Source of the DNA: Pseudomonadota bacterium
Lineage (GTDB): Bacteria; Pseudomonadota; Alphaproteobacteria; Sphingomonadales; Sphingomonadaceae
Length of the DNA: 39,920 nt
NCBI GenBank assembly: GCA_039815115.1
Contig: JBCBZY010000001.1
Span: 1-39,920, forward strand
Direction of reading: 5' to 3'
The translations under genes and the position numbers were made by a program. This document shows positions 1 through 9,200 of the stretch, one piece after another (position 1 is the first letter of the stretch; the number at the start of each line of letters is the position of its first letter). The notes under the pieces were generated by a model. The model searched no databases and was not told the DNA's origin. It was given only the letters and a program-made list of their open reading frames with translations.

Positions 1-2
1 CC

Positions 3-119
3 AAAATTTATCCGGACCTGAACCACAATTCTCTGGTTTTTGACTCTGGCTTTCTGAAAGACTTTGCTTCGATCTTCGAAGAGGTAGCGAATTCTACCCC
101 CCCATCTGATCCGAAGTAA
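3..119 (+). CDS. 3' end of a gene truncated by the window edge; probable alpha/beta-hydrolase/peptidase
   Basis: Frame 3 is open from the edge: KIYPDLNHNSLVFDSGFLKDFASIFEEVANSTPPSDPK*, with TAA at 117-119, 5 bp before the next ATG. YPDLNH resembles the catalytic-His loop of alpha/beta hydrolases. Confidence 0.45.
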   Translation, partial: KIYPDLNHNSLVFDSGFLKDFASIFEEVANSTPPSDPK

Positions 120-124
120 CAACT

Positions 125-2308
125 ATGTCCGATCCAAATGCTTTGATCGACGGATTTGGATGGAAGAAAACCCCCTTCATTGAACAAAGTGAAGCTAGCG
201 AATGTGGTCTCGCCTGTTTGACGATGGTCGCAAATTACCATGGTTACAAAACAGATATTCTGGCGATGAGGCGCCGCTACGGAATGTCGTTGAAAGGAAC
301 CGACCTTAGTTATTTGATTGAAGTGGCAGAGGCCATGGGTTTCAACGGCCAGCCGCTTAGAGGTGATATTGATGATCTGGAAAGTCTGAACCTTCCAGCA
401 ATTTTGCACTGGGATATGAATCATTTTGTGGTCCTGACCAGAGTGACCAAAACCCTAGGCGGTGTTCGATATTCAATTAGCGATCCAGCAACAGGCGAAA
501 TCAAACTGACTCGAGATGAGCTGTCGCGCCATTGGACAGGTATTGCACTGGATCTGATGAAATCAGAGAGCTTTAAACCCAAGGTTGCTGACACCAGGCT
601 CAGGATAACTCAGCTCTGGACATCCATGGATGGGTTCTGGAAAACATTTTCTGGCATTTTGGCCCTGTCACTCATTCTCCAAGCAATTGCTTTGGCTGGT
701 CCATTCTACCTGCAAGTCGCCGTCGATACAGTTTTCCCATCTTTTGATCTGGATCTTCTGTTTGTTCTCGCCTTGGGATTCGGCGGCCTGACGGCAATCA
801 ATTTTGTCGCTACCTGGCTGCGATCCATAATATTGGTGCACTTGAACAGTGCTCTTTCTTACCAGATCATAGTGAATCTGTTTCGGCATTTGGTGCGTCT
901 GCCACTACCTTGGTTTGAAAAGAGGCACGTCGGCGACATCATTTCAAGATTTGGCTCAACGCAACCAATCACACAATTGTTAAGTGAAGGGATGCTGACG
1001 GCGCTGATCGATGGCTTGCTGGCTTTTGTGACGTTGGGACTGATGTATATTTATTCACCTATGTTGGCGAATGTCGCGTTGGTTGCTTTGCTACTCTTTG
1101 TCGCAATCAAATTCGCGTTCTTGCAAGCCATTCGCATGAGAAATGTCGATGTAATTACAACGGCAGCAAAGGAGAATACCAGCTTCATCGAAACAATGCG
1201 CGGGATTTCAGCCATCAAGGCCTTTGGACAGGAAGGGAACCGGCAACGACTGTGGCAGAGAACAAAAACTGATGCGATTAATGCTGAAATCAAACTCGGC
1301 CGGCTGACTGCGAGTTTTGATGCAATCGGGCAATTCATAGCTGCGGCGGAGAAGATTATATTTGTCTACTTGGCGATTTCATTGGCATTTGAGGGTGCAT
1401 TTACCATTGGGATGATATTCGCGTTTCAAGCATACAAGCAGCAATTTCTGGATGCTAGTATGAGACTGGTGGAGCAGGCCGTAAACTTCAAGATTTTGCA
1501 AGTTCACCTCACGAGGATCTCCGATATCGCTCTGGCCAAGAGAGAAGTACAGGACGACAGTGATATCATTGAAGCACCAGACTTTACCAAATCGATAGTT
1601 CTTGAGAATGTGACATATCGGTACGGAACCAATGACCCCACCGTCCTCGAGCGATTGAACCTGAGTGTCACACCCGGCGAATTTATTGCGATAAGCGGAC
1701 CTTCAGGGGGCGGCAAAACCACGCTGATGAAGGTAGTGATGGGTCTGTTCCAGCCCACATATGGTGCCATGCGGCTGGGACAACAGAATCTAACATCTTT
1801 GTCCTTGACCAAATATCGACGCCAGATCGGCTCAGTGGCTCAAGATGATGTGCTTTATGCCGGATCCATTGCCGAAAACATCGCGTTCTTCGATCACAAT
1901 ATCGATATGGATCGAGTGCGAGAAGTGAGCAAGCTCGCTCACATTCATTATGACATCGAAAAAATGCCGCTGGCATATGAAAGCTTGGTCGGCGATATGG
2001 GATCTGTTTTCTCGGGCGGCCAACAACAACGAGTGCTTCTTGCTCGGGCTTTATACAGCAATCCGTCTGTTCTTATAATGGATGAGGGCACCGCAAATCT
2101 TGATCCGGACAACGAAAAGCTGATTTTGGACACTATTTCAAAATTGAAAATGACCCGAATTCTAATCGCTCACCGGCAAAGAACTCTGGACATCGCCGAC
2201 CGCCACCTGATTTTGGCTGGCGGTCATTTGTTCGAAGTACCCAGGAACGAGAAACACGCGTCAGGAATTTCGTCAGATCTTGCTTCGACAACCAAAGGAG
2301 CGAAGTAA
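125..2308 (+). CDS. Peptidase-containing ABC transporter (C39 peptidase + TMD + ATPase; CvaB/RaxB-like)
   Basis: QSEASECGLACL (catalytic Cys), LHWDMNHFVV (His), ISDPA (Asp), hydrophobic TM region, Walker A GPSGGGKTT, signature FSGGQQQR, Walker B LIMDE, H-loop IAHR. Confidence 0.95.
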   Translation: MSDPNALIDGFGWKKTPFIEQSEASECGLACLTMVANYHGYKTDILAMRRRYGMSLKGTDLSYLIEVAEAMGFNGQPLRGDIDDLESLNLPAILHWDMNHFVVLTRVTKTLGGVRYSISDPATGEIKLTRDELSRHWTGIALDLMKSESFKPKVADTRLRITQLWTSMDGFWKTFSGILALSLILQAIALAGPFYLQVAVDTVFPSFDLDLLFVLALGFGGLTAINFVATWLRSIILVHLNSALSYQIIVNLFRHLVRLPLPWFEKRHVGDIISRFGSTQPITQLLSEGMLTALIDGLLAFVTLGLMYIYSPMLANVALVALLLFVAIKFAFLQAIRMRNVDVITTAAKENTSFIETMRGISAIKAFGQEGNRQRLWQRTKTDAINAEIKLGRLTASFDAIGQFIAAAEKIIFVYLAISLAFEGAFTIGMIFAFQAYKQQFLDASMRLVEQAVNFKILQVHLTRISDIALAKREVQDDSDIIEAPDFTKSIVLENVTYRYGTNDPTVLERLNLSVTPGEFIAISGPSGGGKTTLMKVVMGLFQPTYGAMRLGQQNLTSLSLTKYRRQIGSVAQDDVLYAGSIAENIAFFDHNIDMDRVREVSKLAHIHYDIEKMPLAYESLVGDMGSVFSGGQQQRVLLARALYSNPSVLIMDEGTANLDPDNEKLILDTISKLKMTRILIAHRQRTLDIADRHLILAGGHLFEVPRNEKHASGISSDLASTTKGAK

Positions 2309-2582
2309 AAAGTTAACGGGGCAATAATAAACCACCACTTCAGGAACCTGCAAAAGCTTTAGACCGCTAAAGGTTGAAATCGGGAAGTAGTTTGCATTTC
2401 AGGCTGGTACAAACACTGTTTCCCGTCAGCATTGGTGAACATTTCAATAGTCCTGCCTTATCCAACTGAACTGCCCTACGCTATACTCCGGTCAGTCCAG
2501 TTAGGCGTAAGCGACTAAGAAATAGGATGAATTTGTACAGTCATGGCCGCAAACCGGAGATAGCGAAAAATTGGAAAATGGG

Positions 2583-2658
2583 TGGTGCCGCTTAGAGGAC
2601 TCGAACCTCTGACCCCATCATTACGAATGATGTGCTCTACCACCTGAGCTAAAGCGGC
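2583..2658 (-). tRNA. tRNA-Thr(CGT)
   Basis: Reverse complement GCCGCTTTAGCTCAGGTGGTAGAGCACATCATTCGTAATGATGGGGTCAGAGGTTCGAGTCCTCTAAGCGGCACCA: 76-nt cloverleaf, anticodon arm CATCA-TT-CGT-AA-TGATG, T-loop GTTCGA, encoded CCA. Confidence 0.97.
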
Positions 2659-2707
2659 TGATCGCTGGACAAGCGGTGCGGGGCACGGCCGTTCATCGTT
2701 CGCCGGG

Positions 2708-2736
2708 CCTTTAACAGTCGCTTGGACCTGTGACAA
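2708..2736 (-). promoter_or_regulatory. Putative sigma70 promoter of tRNA-Thr
   Basis: Minus strand TTGTCA-N17-TAAAGG about 50 bp upstream of the tRNA. Confidence 0.5.
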
Positions 2737-2799
2737 GTCTGCTCGCCCGGTTTCCGTGAATCGGTGCGAATTGCCAGTCATGGCGGTGAAATGTGGCAA

Positions 2800-2821
2800 T
2801 ATTTACCATATATTTACCATA
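2800..2821 (+). promoter_or_regulatory. Perfect 11-bp tandem repeat, CtrA-like site
   Basis: TATTTACCATA x2, i.e. TTTA-N7-TTTAC, resembling the CtrA box TTAA-N7-TTAAC. Confidence 0.55.
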
Positions 2822-2869
2822 GTGATGGCAAAACGGCCTCCGTCCACAGGAACAACGGCAGATCGAGGC

Positions 2870-4330
2870 ATGGAAAATCTTCGCAATAATGACGGAAATG
2901 ACGAGTTGCACAGCAATTCGCCGTCAGACTATATCGCTTATGACGATGACGCGTCAGCAGACGTGCCGCCGCCTGCCATTGGTCAGGACGAGCGCCGGAT
3001 GCACGTGCGGGCCTATAATTTCTGGGCCGGGCTGCTTGGCGACCGCCAGTTTCCCTCGGTCGAGGATCTGAACCCCGAAACTGATGCAGATTTCGGGCCG
3101 AACAGCGTGCTGCTGGACTTCACCAGCGGCGTCGAAAATCCGACGATCCAGTTTCTGGGCGAGGCGCTGCGCGAAGAATGCGAGCTGGACGAGAGCATCA
3201 CCAATATTGAAGATGTTCCGGCGCGCTCGCTGCTTTCCCGGATTACAGACCATTATCTCCAGATTATCGCCAACCAGGCGCCGATCGGTTTCGAAGCCGA
3301 ATTCGTCAATCAGCGCGGCGTCTCGATCATGTATCGCGGCATATTGCTGCCGTTTTCCACCGATGATGACACGATTGACTTCATCTACGGCGTGATCAAC
3401 TGGAAGGAAGTGGCCGCTGACGACATGGCGGCCGAACTGGAACAGCAGGTGGCGGACGCCATGCGGGCTGCTCCGGTCGCGGCGGAATCCGGTCCGGTTT
3501 GGGCCGATGCCCCGGACCAGGAACCTATTGTTGCCGATAATGACATTGAACAGGACCTTGCTGATCAGCACGAGGCTGCGCAAGAAGACGAAACCCTCGA
3601 ACTGACAGCGGAAGATATTGATCCGTCTTTTGAATCGGGAGAGGTGGTCGCGCCGCAACCGGTTGAGCTGAAAGCACCGGAAACTGAGAATTTCGACATT
3701 GCCGAAGTGGGTGCCGCCGAACTCGATGACAGCGCGACGCTTGCAGACTGGCTCTCGGCCGCGCGCAGCAGCGCCGACGATGCTGCCCATTGTGAACAGC
3801 GCAGCCGAGTGGCTCTCTATGCCGCGATTGGCCGGGCCTATGACTTCTATCTGATGACGGAAACCCATCCCGAAGACTATCAGGCGCTGCTCGAAGATTC
3901 CGGTCTGACCGCGCAGGAACGCGCGCCGATGACACCGATCGTCAAACTTGTTTTCGGCACGAATTATGACAAGACCCGCCTGACCGAATATGCTTCTGCT
4001 CTGCGTTTTGCGGACAGCAACGGCATCGGCAAGGGTGAATTTGCCGGTTTCCTTGAAAAGCATGAAGGCGGTCTGAAAGCCGTTGTCCAGGCCGAGCGGG
4101 ATACCCGCAAGCCAGCTGGCTTGCGCTCTGATGATGAATCGCGCCATGATGCGATGCTGGATCGCCTGCGGTCCGCTCCGACCCGCGAGCTGAGTGACAT
4201 TGAGGCCGGTGATGCGGAATTTGTCGTGCTGGTTGCCCGGCGGGATGATGATGGCAAGCTCGCCATTGTTGGCCCTGTCACAGGCGATGCCAAACTGACC
4301 GACAAGGTCCTGTCCAAAACCCGAGTCTGA
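2870..4330 (+). CDS. Hypothetical protein: N-terminal PAS-like (PAS_5-type) domain, acidic linker, helical C-terminal domain
   Basis: Long ORF with host codon usage; ERRMHVRAYNFW...YRGILLPF...GVINWKE resembles PAS_5 domains. Start uncertain (2825 or 2870). Confidence 0.75.
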   Translation: MENLRNNDGNDELHSNSPSDYIAYDDDASADVPPPAIGQDERRMHVRAYNFWAGLLGDRQFPSVEDLNPETDADFGPNSVLLDFTSGVENPTIQFLGEALREECELDESITNIEDVPARSLLSRITDHYLQIIANQAPIGFEAEFVNQRGVSIMYRGILLPFSTDDDTIDFIYGVINWKEVAADDMAAELEQQVADAMRAAPVAAESGPVWADAPDQEPIVADNDIEQDLADQHEAAQEDETLELTAEDIDPSFESGEVVAPQPVELKAPETENFDIAEVGAAELDDSATLADWLSAARSSADDAAHCEQRSRVALYAAIGRAYDFYLMTETHPEDYQALLEDSGLTAQERAPMTPIVKLVFGTNYDKTRLTEYASALRFADSNGIGKGEFAGFLEKHEGGLKAVVQAERDTRKPAGLRSDDESRHDAMLDRLRSAPTRELSDIEAGDAEFVVLVARRDDDGKLAIVGPVTGDAKLTDKVLSKTRV

Positions 4331-4347
4331 ACGATCCCACTCCCAAC

Positions 4348-4365
4348 TGGTTGCATATGTAACCA
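4348..4365. promoter_or_regulatory. Palindromic operator candidate upstream of gdh
   Basis: TGGTTGCAT-ATGTAACCA, an 18-bp palindrome with one mismatch. Confidence 0.4.
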
Positions 4366-4504
4366 AAATATCACGGTCCCGTGCCGATCGGCTGCCTCAT
4401 GGCATGCCCGGTGCAATCATCTATTGAGCAAATGATCGAACAGGCCCATAGACGACACGTCTGGACGGGCTTATCCATCCGCAATGTTCTGTTGGGGAAC
4501 TGTA

Positions 4505-7500
4505 ATGGCGAGCGGCAAACGATCCGGGGGGCGGAAATCCGCTTCCAGGAAACACAGCAATCTGGAAATCAGCCTTGCGACCGCATTCCGGGACAGCGCG
4601 TTGCCCGGCGAAAATACCGGTTTTGATGACGAGGCCTGCATGGAGGCTGTGCGTTTTGTCCTGGATGCCGGCTCGCAGCGCGATGGTTCCGAGACCAGAC
4701 TGCTGCTGGAAAGCATCGCAACGTCCAAGGAAAGTCGGCATTTGCGGCTCGCGATCATCAATGATGACATGCCGTTTCTGGTCGATTCGGTCTGCGCCAC
4801 GATTGCAGGTTTTGGTCTGGGCATCGAGCGCCTTATTCATCCCGTTGTCGGGGTAAAGCGGGATGCCAAGGGCCAGCTCAAGGACATATTGTCGACCAGT
4901 ACCAAAGCGGATAAGCGCGAGTCGGTCATTTACATCGAACTGGAGCGGACAGACGCGAAAACCCGCCGGGCGCTGCAATCTGCCCTTGATGACAATCTCA
5001 AGGACGTGGCCGCAGCTGTCTCTGACTGGCTGAAATTACAGATTGTTCTCGGCGACAATGCAGACAGCCTGCCCGACAGCGAAGGCACGACATTGCTGCG
5101 CTGGTTTCTCGACCGGAATCTGACTTTGCTCGGCCATGAAATCATCGATCAGAAAGGGCAGCGGTCGGCGCGGCTGGGTCTGGCGCGTATGCGGTCCAAG
5201 CCGGTCCTTTCCCGGGAAAGCCAGAAACGCGCGTTTCGCTGGTTTGAACAGGGTGGCAACACGCCGCTGGTGATCAAGTCCAACCAGATTTCCACGGTCC
5301 ACCGCCAGGTGCTGATGGATCTGGTGATCGTACCGGTGCGGGAAAACGGGAAGATTGTCAGTCTGTCCATTCTCGCCGGCCTGTGGACCAGTGCGGCGCT
5401 TGCCGCCTCGCCCGAAAATGTCCCCGTTTTGCGTTCGCAAATGGTTCAGCTGTTTGACAAGTTCGGCTTTGCCGAGGCCGGCCATGCCGGAAAATCGCTG
5501 ACACATGCGCTGACCAGCCTGCCCCATGATTTGCTGATTACCTTCCCGCAAAAGGACATCGAAAAGCTCGCGCTCATCATGATGTCGCTGCTCGACCGGC
5601 CGCGACCGAAACTGCACAGCATTATCTCTCCGCTGGCCCGGCATCTGTTCGTCTTCGTCTGGCTGCCCCGTGAGCAGCTGTCCACCGAGCGGCGGCGTAA
5701 TGTCGAGGACATGCTGACCGAAGCCACGGGCGCGAAAATCCTCGGCTGGTCCAACTCGCTGGAAGAAGGCGGTGTTTCCGCTCTCCGGTACACGCTCGAC
5801 ATGGGCCGGGACGGACGGATCCCCGACCCCGAGGAGCTCGACCGGCAGCTGGAAAACATGGTCCGCGGCTGGCGACCGAAAGTGGAGCATGTCCTGCGCG
5901 AGCTCGGGCAGGAAAACCGCTCGGTGATTTTGGCTCAACGCTACGCCGACTGTTTCCCCGGCGCCTATCAGACCACCTATGGCGCGAGCGAGGCTGCAAA
6001 GGACATCTTGCGCCTGTTCAGTCTGGAATGGGGTCAGCAGAAATCGACCCGGCTTTACCGGCTCGACAGCGATCCCGATCAGCTGCTGCGATTGAAAATA
6101 TACTATATCGGCGGCGCCTTGCCGCTTTCCGACGCTGTCCCTGTGCTCGAAAATTTCGGGTTTTCGGTGCTCGACGGGGTCCCGACGCCGCTGGATGAGG
6201 GCAGGCTCGGTTATATCCATGATTTCAAGCTGGAAATGCACGGCAATGCCGATTTCGACGACCTGATAGGACGGGCCGAGGAGATCGAACGCGCGATTAC
6301 CAGCGTGCTCGAAGGCGAGGCAGAAAATGATGCGTTCAACCAGCTGATCACCACGGTCGGCATGGATGCCAGCGCCACCGTGTGGATCCGCGCCTGGTTT
6401 CGTTATTTGCGCCAGATCGGTATCAGCTACGGTCTTGCCACTATTGTCGAGGCGCTGGTCGAAGCACCCGACGTGACACGCGGCATGATTGCGCTGTTTC
6501 GCAGCCTGCACGACCCACTCTTTGACGGCGATCGCGACGCTGCGGCCAAGAAAAGTGCAAAAGCCGTCGAAAACGCACTGGTGAAGGTGCAGAGCATTGA
6601 TGATGACCGGATATTGCGCCTCTTCCGTTCGGTCATTGACGCGATCTTGCGGACCAATGCCTTTGCGCATCTGCCGGGCGAAGCCCTGGTGTTCAAGATT
6701 GAGAGTGCGCGCATACCCGATCTGCCAAATCCGGTGCCTTGGCGGGAAATGTTCGTCTACAGCCCGCGCGTCGAAGGCATTCATTTGCGTTCGGGGCCGG
6801 TTGCGCGCGGAGGCCTGCGCTGGTCTGATCGTCGCGACGATTTCCGGACGGAAATTCTGGGCCTGATGAAAGCCCAGCGAGTCAAAAATGCGGTCATCGT
6901 GCCGACCGGTGCGAAAGGCGGATTCTACGCCAAGCAACTGCCATCAGGGGACGACCGGGATGCGTGGCTTGCAGAGGGTGTCGCAGCCTACAAGATCTTC
7001 ATTGGCGCGCTGCTCTCGATCACCGACAATATTGTCGACGGCAAAATCGTTCCGCCCGGCAATGTCGTGCGCCGGGATGCCGATGATCCCTATTTTGTGG
7101 TTGCGGCTGACAAGGGCACAGCGACATTTTCCGACATTGCCAACCAGATCGCGATCGATCGCAATTTCTGGCTGGGCGACGCCTTCGCCAGTGGTGGCAG
7201 CAACGGCTATGATCACAAGGTCATGGGGATCACGGCCCGCGGCGCCTGGGTATCGGTTCAGCGGCACTTTGCCGAAATGGGCATTGATGTGCAGAGCGAG
7301 CCAGTGAATGTTGTCGGCGTGGGCGACATGTCTGGCGACGTGTTTGGCAACGGCATGCTGCTTTCGAAGACGCTGCGTCTGCAGGCCGCGTTTGATCACC
7401 GTCATATCTTCATCGATCCCGATCCTGACCCGGCAAAAAGCTGGAAGGAACGCAAGCGGCTGTTCGACTTGCCGCGTTCGAGCTGGGAAGATTATGACAG

Positions 7501-9184
7501 TTCGCTGATTTCCAAAGGCGGCGGCGTGTTCTCCCGGCACAGCAAGACCATCAAGATCACGAAAGAAATCGGCGCATTGCTGGGACTGGACCCGGCAGCG
7601 GAAACCACGCCTTCCAGGCTGATGACCGCCATCCTGTCCAGTAATGCTGATCTGCTCTGGTTCGGCGGCATCGGAACCTATGTGAAAGCGGCATCGGAAA
7701 ACCATGTCGAGGTCGGGGACCCGTCCAACGACATGATCCGGGTTAACGCAGAACAGCTTCACGTGAAAGTCGTCGGCGAGGGCGCCAATTTGGGGATTAC
7801 CCAGGCCGCTCGAATCCGGTTCGCCGAAAAAGGCGGCCGGATAAATACCGACTTTATTGATAACAGTGCGGGCGTGGACTGTTCGGATAATGAGGTGAAT
7901 ATCAAGATCGCGCTCAATACTGAGCTCGCCGCCGGAATCCTCAAACCCGAGGCGCGGAACAAGTTGCTCGAGGCGATGACCGACGAAGTTGGCGCATTGG
8001 TGCTCGAAGACAACCGGCTGCAGGCGCTGGGACTGTCCGTCGCAGAGATGGGCGGCCGAAAAACACTGCCCTCCTACGTCCGTCTGATCGACCAGTTTGA
8101 GGAACAGGGCCAGCTCAACCGCGAAGTCGAGGGACTGGCGAGCAACGAGGATCTGATTCGCCGCGGCGAGGAAAAACGCGGCCTTTACCGGCCGGAACTG
8201 GCGGTGCTGTTTTCGACTGCCAAGCTTGCTCTGCAAGCGGCCATTGAAGAGGATGATCTGGCGACGGATCCCGGCCTCGACAACGAGATGATGGGAGCCT
8301 TTCCATCGGCCATGCAGAAAAAGCACGGCCAGGCGATATTGAACCACCAGCTGCGCAAGGAGATCATTGCCACCAAACTCGCAAACCGGATGATCAACCG
8401 GATGGGGCTGATCGATCCGTTCGAGCTGGCCGAAGAAGAAGGCTGTTCGCTCGGGGAAGTCGCGCGCGCCTTCGTCATGGCGGAACGCCTGTTCGATGCC
8501 GACAGCCTCTGGACCATGCTGGAAGAGGCGGATATTGGCGAAGATATCCGGCTGCTGCTGTTTGACCGGCTGGCCTATGTCTTGCGCACCCATATGGCAG
8601 ATTTGATGCGGCTTGGATTGTCCGACAACCGGATAGACGAAACCGTTGCCATGCTGTCGCCGGGGATCACCGCGCTGGATGCAGCTGTTGACCAGCTGAT
8701 TTCGGAAGAAGGCCGGGTCCAGGCCGTCAAACATACCGCGTCACTGATCGAGTCCGGTGCCACCCCCGAAATTGCGGACAAGATCGCCAATATCTACAAG
8801 AATGACGGTGCGACTGGCATTGCCTATCTGGCGCATCAGCGCGAAATTGATGCCGTTCCGGTGGCCGCAGCCTTTACCAGGCTGGGTAGCTTGCTGGGGC
8901 TCGACTGGGCCCAGATGACGGCGACCCGGATCAACCCGTCCGATCCATGGGACCGGTTGCTGGTCTCTGGCCTTGCCCGCGATTTCCAGCAAATGCGCCT
9001 GGACTTCCTGCGCCGGGCGCGGGGCAAGGACATGGACCAGTTTGTCGACAGCTGGGCAGAAAAAAATGGCGAACGGGTGCCGCAGTTCCGCCAGATCATC
9101 GACCGCGCCCAACTGATGGCCCGGCCGTCCATTTCGATGCTCGCGCAAATTGCCAGCCAGGCAAGGATTTTGCTCACACGCTAG
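4505..9184 (+). CDS. gdhB: Large NAD-specific glutamate dehydrogenase (GdhB/GdhZ type)
   Basis: DDMPFLVDS, ARGGLRWSDRRDDFRTE, VKNAVIVPTGAKGGF, VVAADKGTATFSD, GVGDMSGDVFGNG, DFIDNSAGVDCSDNEVNIK; ~1560 aa. Confidence 0.96.
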   Translation: MASGKRSGGRKSASRKHSNLEISLATAFRDSALPGENTGFDDEACMEAVRFVLDAGSQRDGSETRLLLESIATSKESRHLRLAIINDDMPFLVDSVCATIAGFGLGIERLIHPVVGVKRDAKGQLKDILSTSTKADKRESVIYIELERTDAKTRRALQSALDDNLKDVAAAVSDWLKLQIVLGDNADSLPDSEGTTLLRWFLDRNLTLLGHEIIDQKGQRSARLGLARMRSKPVLSRESQKRAFRWFEQGGNTPLVIKSNQISTVHRQVLMDLVIVPVRENGKIVSLSILAGLWTSAALAASPENVPVLRSQMVQLFDKFGFAEAGHAGKSLTHALTSLPHDLLITFPQKDIEKLALIMMSLLDRPRPKLHSIISPLARHLFVFVWLPREQLSTERRRNVEDMLTEATGAKILGWSNSLEEGGVSALRYTLDMGRDGRIPDPEELDRQLENMVRGWRPKVEHVLRELGQENRSVILAQRYADCFPGAYQTTYGASEAAKDILRLFSLEWGQQKSTRLYRLDSDPDQLLRLKIYYIGGALPLSDAVPVLENFGFSVLDGVPTPLDEGRLGYIHDFKLEMHGNADFDDLIGRAEEIERAITSVLEGEAENDAFNQLITTVGMDASATVWIRAWFRYLRQIGISYGLATIVEALVEAPDVTRGMIALFRSLHDPLFDGDRDAAAKKSAKAVENALVKVQSIDDDRILRLFRSVIDAILRTNAFAHLPGEALVFKIESARIPDLPNPVPWREMFVYSPRVEGIHLRSGPVARGGLRWSDRRDDFRTEILGLMKAQRVKNAVIVPTGAKGGFYAKQLPSGDDRDAWLAEGVAAYKIFIGALLSITDNIVDGKIVPPGNVVRRDADDPYFVVAADKGTATFSDIANQIAIDRNFWLGDAFASGGSNGYDHKVMGITARGAWVSVQRHFAEMGIDVQSEPVNVVGVGDMSGDVFGNGMLLSKTLRLQAAFDHRHIFIDPDPDPAKSWKERKRLFDLPRSSWEDYDSSLISKGGGVFSRHSKTIKITKEIGALLGLDPAAETTPSRLMTAILSSNADLLWFGGIGTYVKAASENHVEVGDPSNDMIRVNAEQLHVKVVGEGANLGITQAARIRFAEKGGRINTDFIDNSAGVDCSDNEVNIKIALNTELAAGILKPEARNKLLEAMTDEVGALVLEDNRLQALGLSVAEMGGRKTLPSYVRLIDQFEEQGQLNREVEGLASNEDLIRRGEEKRGLYRPELAVLFSTAKLALQAAIEEDDLATDPGLDNEMMGAFPSAMQKKHGQAILNHQLRKEIIATKLANRMINRMGLIDPFELAEEEGCSLGEVARAFVMAERLFDADSLWTMLEEADIGEDIRLLLFDRLAYVLRTHMADLMRLGLSDNRIDETVAMLSPGITALDAAVDQLISEEGRVQAVKHTASLIESGATPEIADKIANIYKNDGATGIAYLAHQREIDAVPVAAAFTRLGSLLGLDWAQMTATRINPSDPWDRLLVSGLARDFQQMRLDFLRRARGKDMDQFVDSWAEKNGERVPQFRQIIDRAQLMARPSISMLAQIASQARILLTR

Positions 9185-9200
9185 ACGCTTGCGAAATGGC

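Larger units (their letters stand above)
1..2582. mobile_element. Right end of a putative genomic island at the tRNA-Thr 3' end
   Basis: Visibly more AT-rich with non-host codon usage, and it ends at the CCA end of a tRNA. No integrase is visible in the window. Confidence 0.6.

Noticed and set aside
2515-2799. 94-aa ORF as a possible peptide precursor for the exporter
   Set aside because: It overlaps the tRNA and its promoter and has no double-glycine leader. No credible precursor was seen in 2309-2582.
2954-8734. Long minus-strand ORFs (470, 633 and 596 aa)
   Set aside because: Antisense shadows of the PAS-like gene and gdh, expected from high-GC codon bias; no recognisable motifs.
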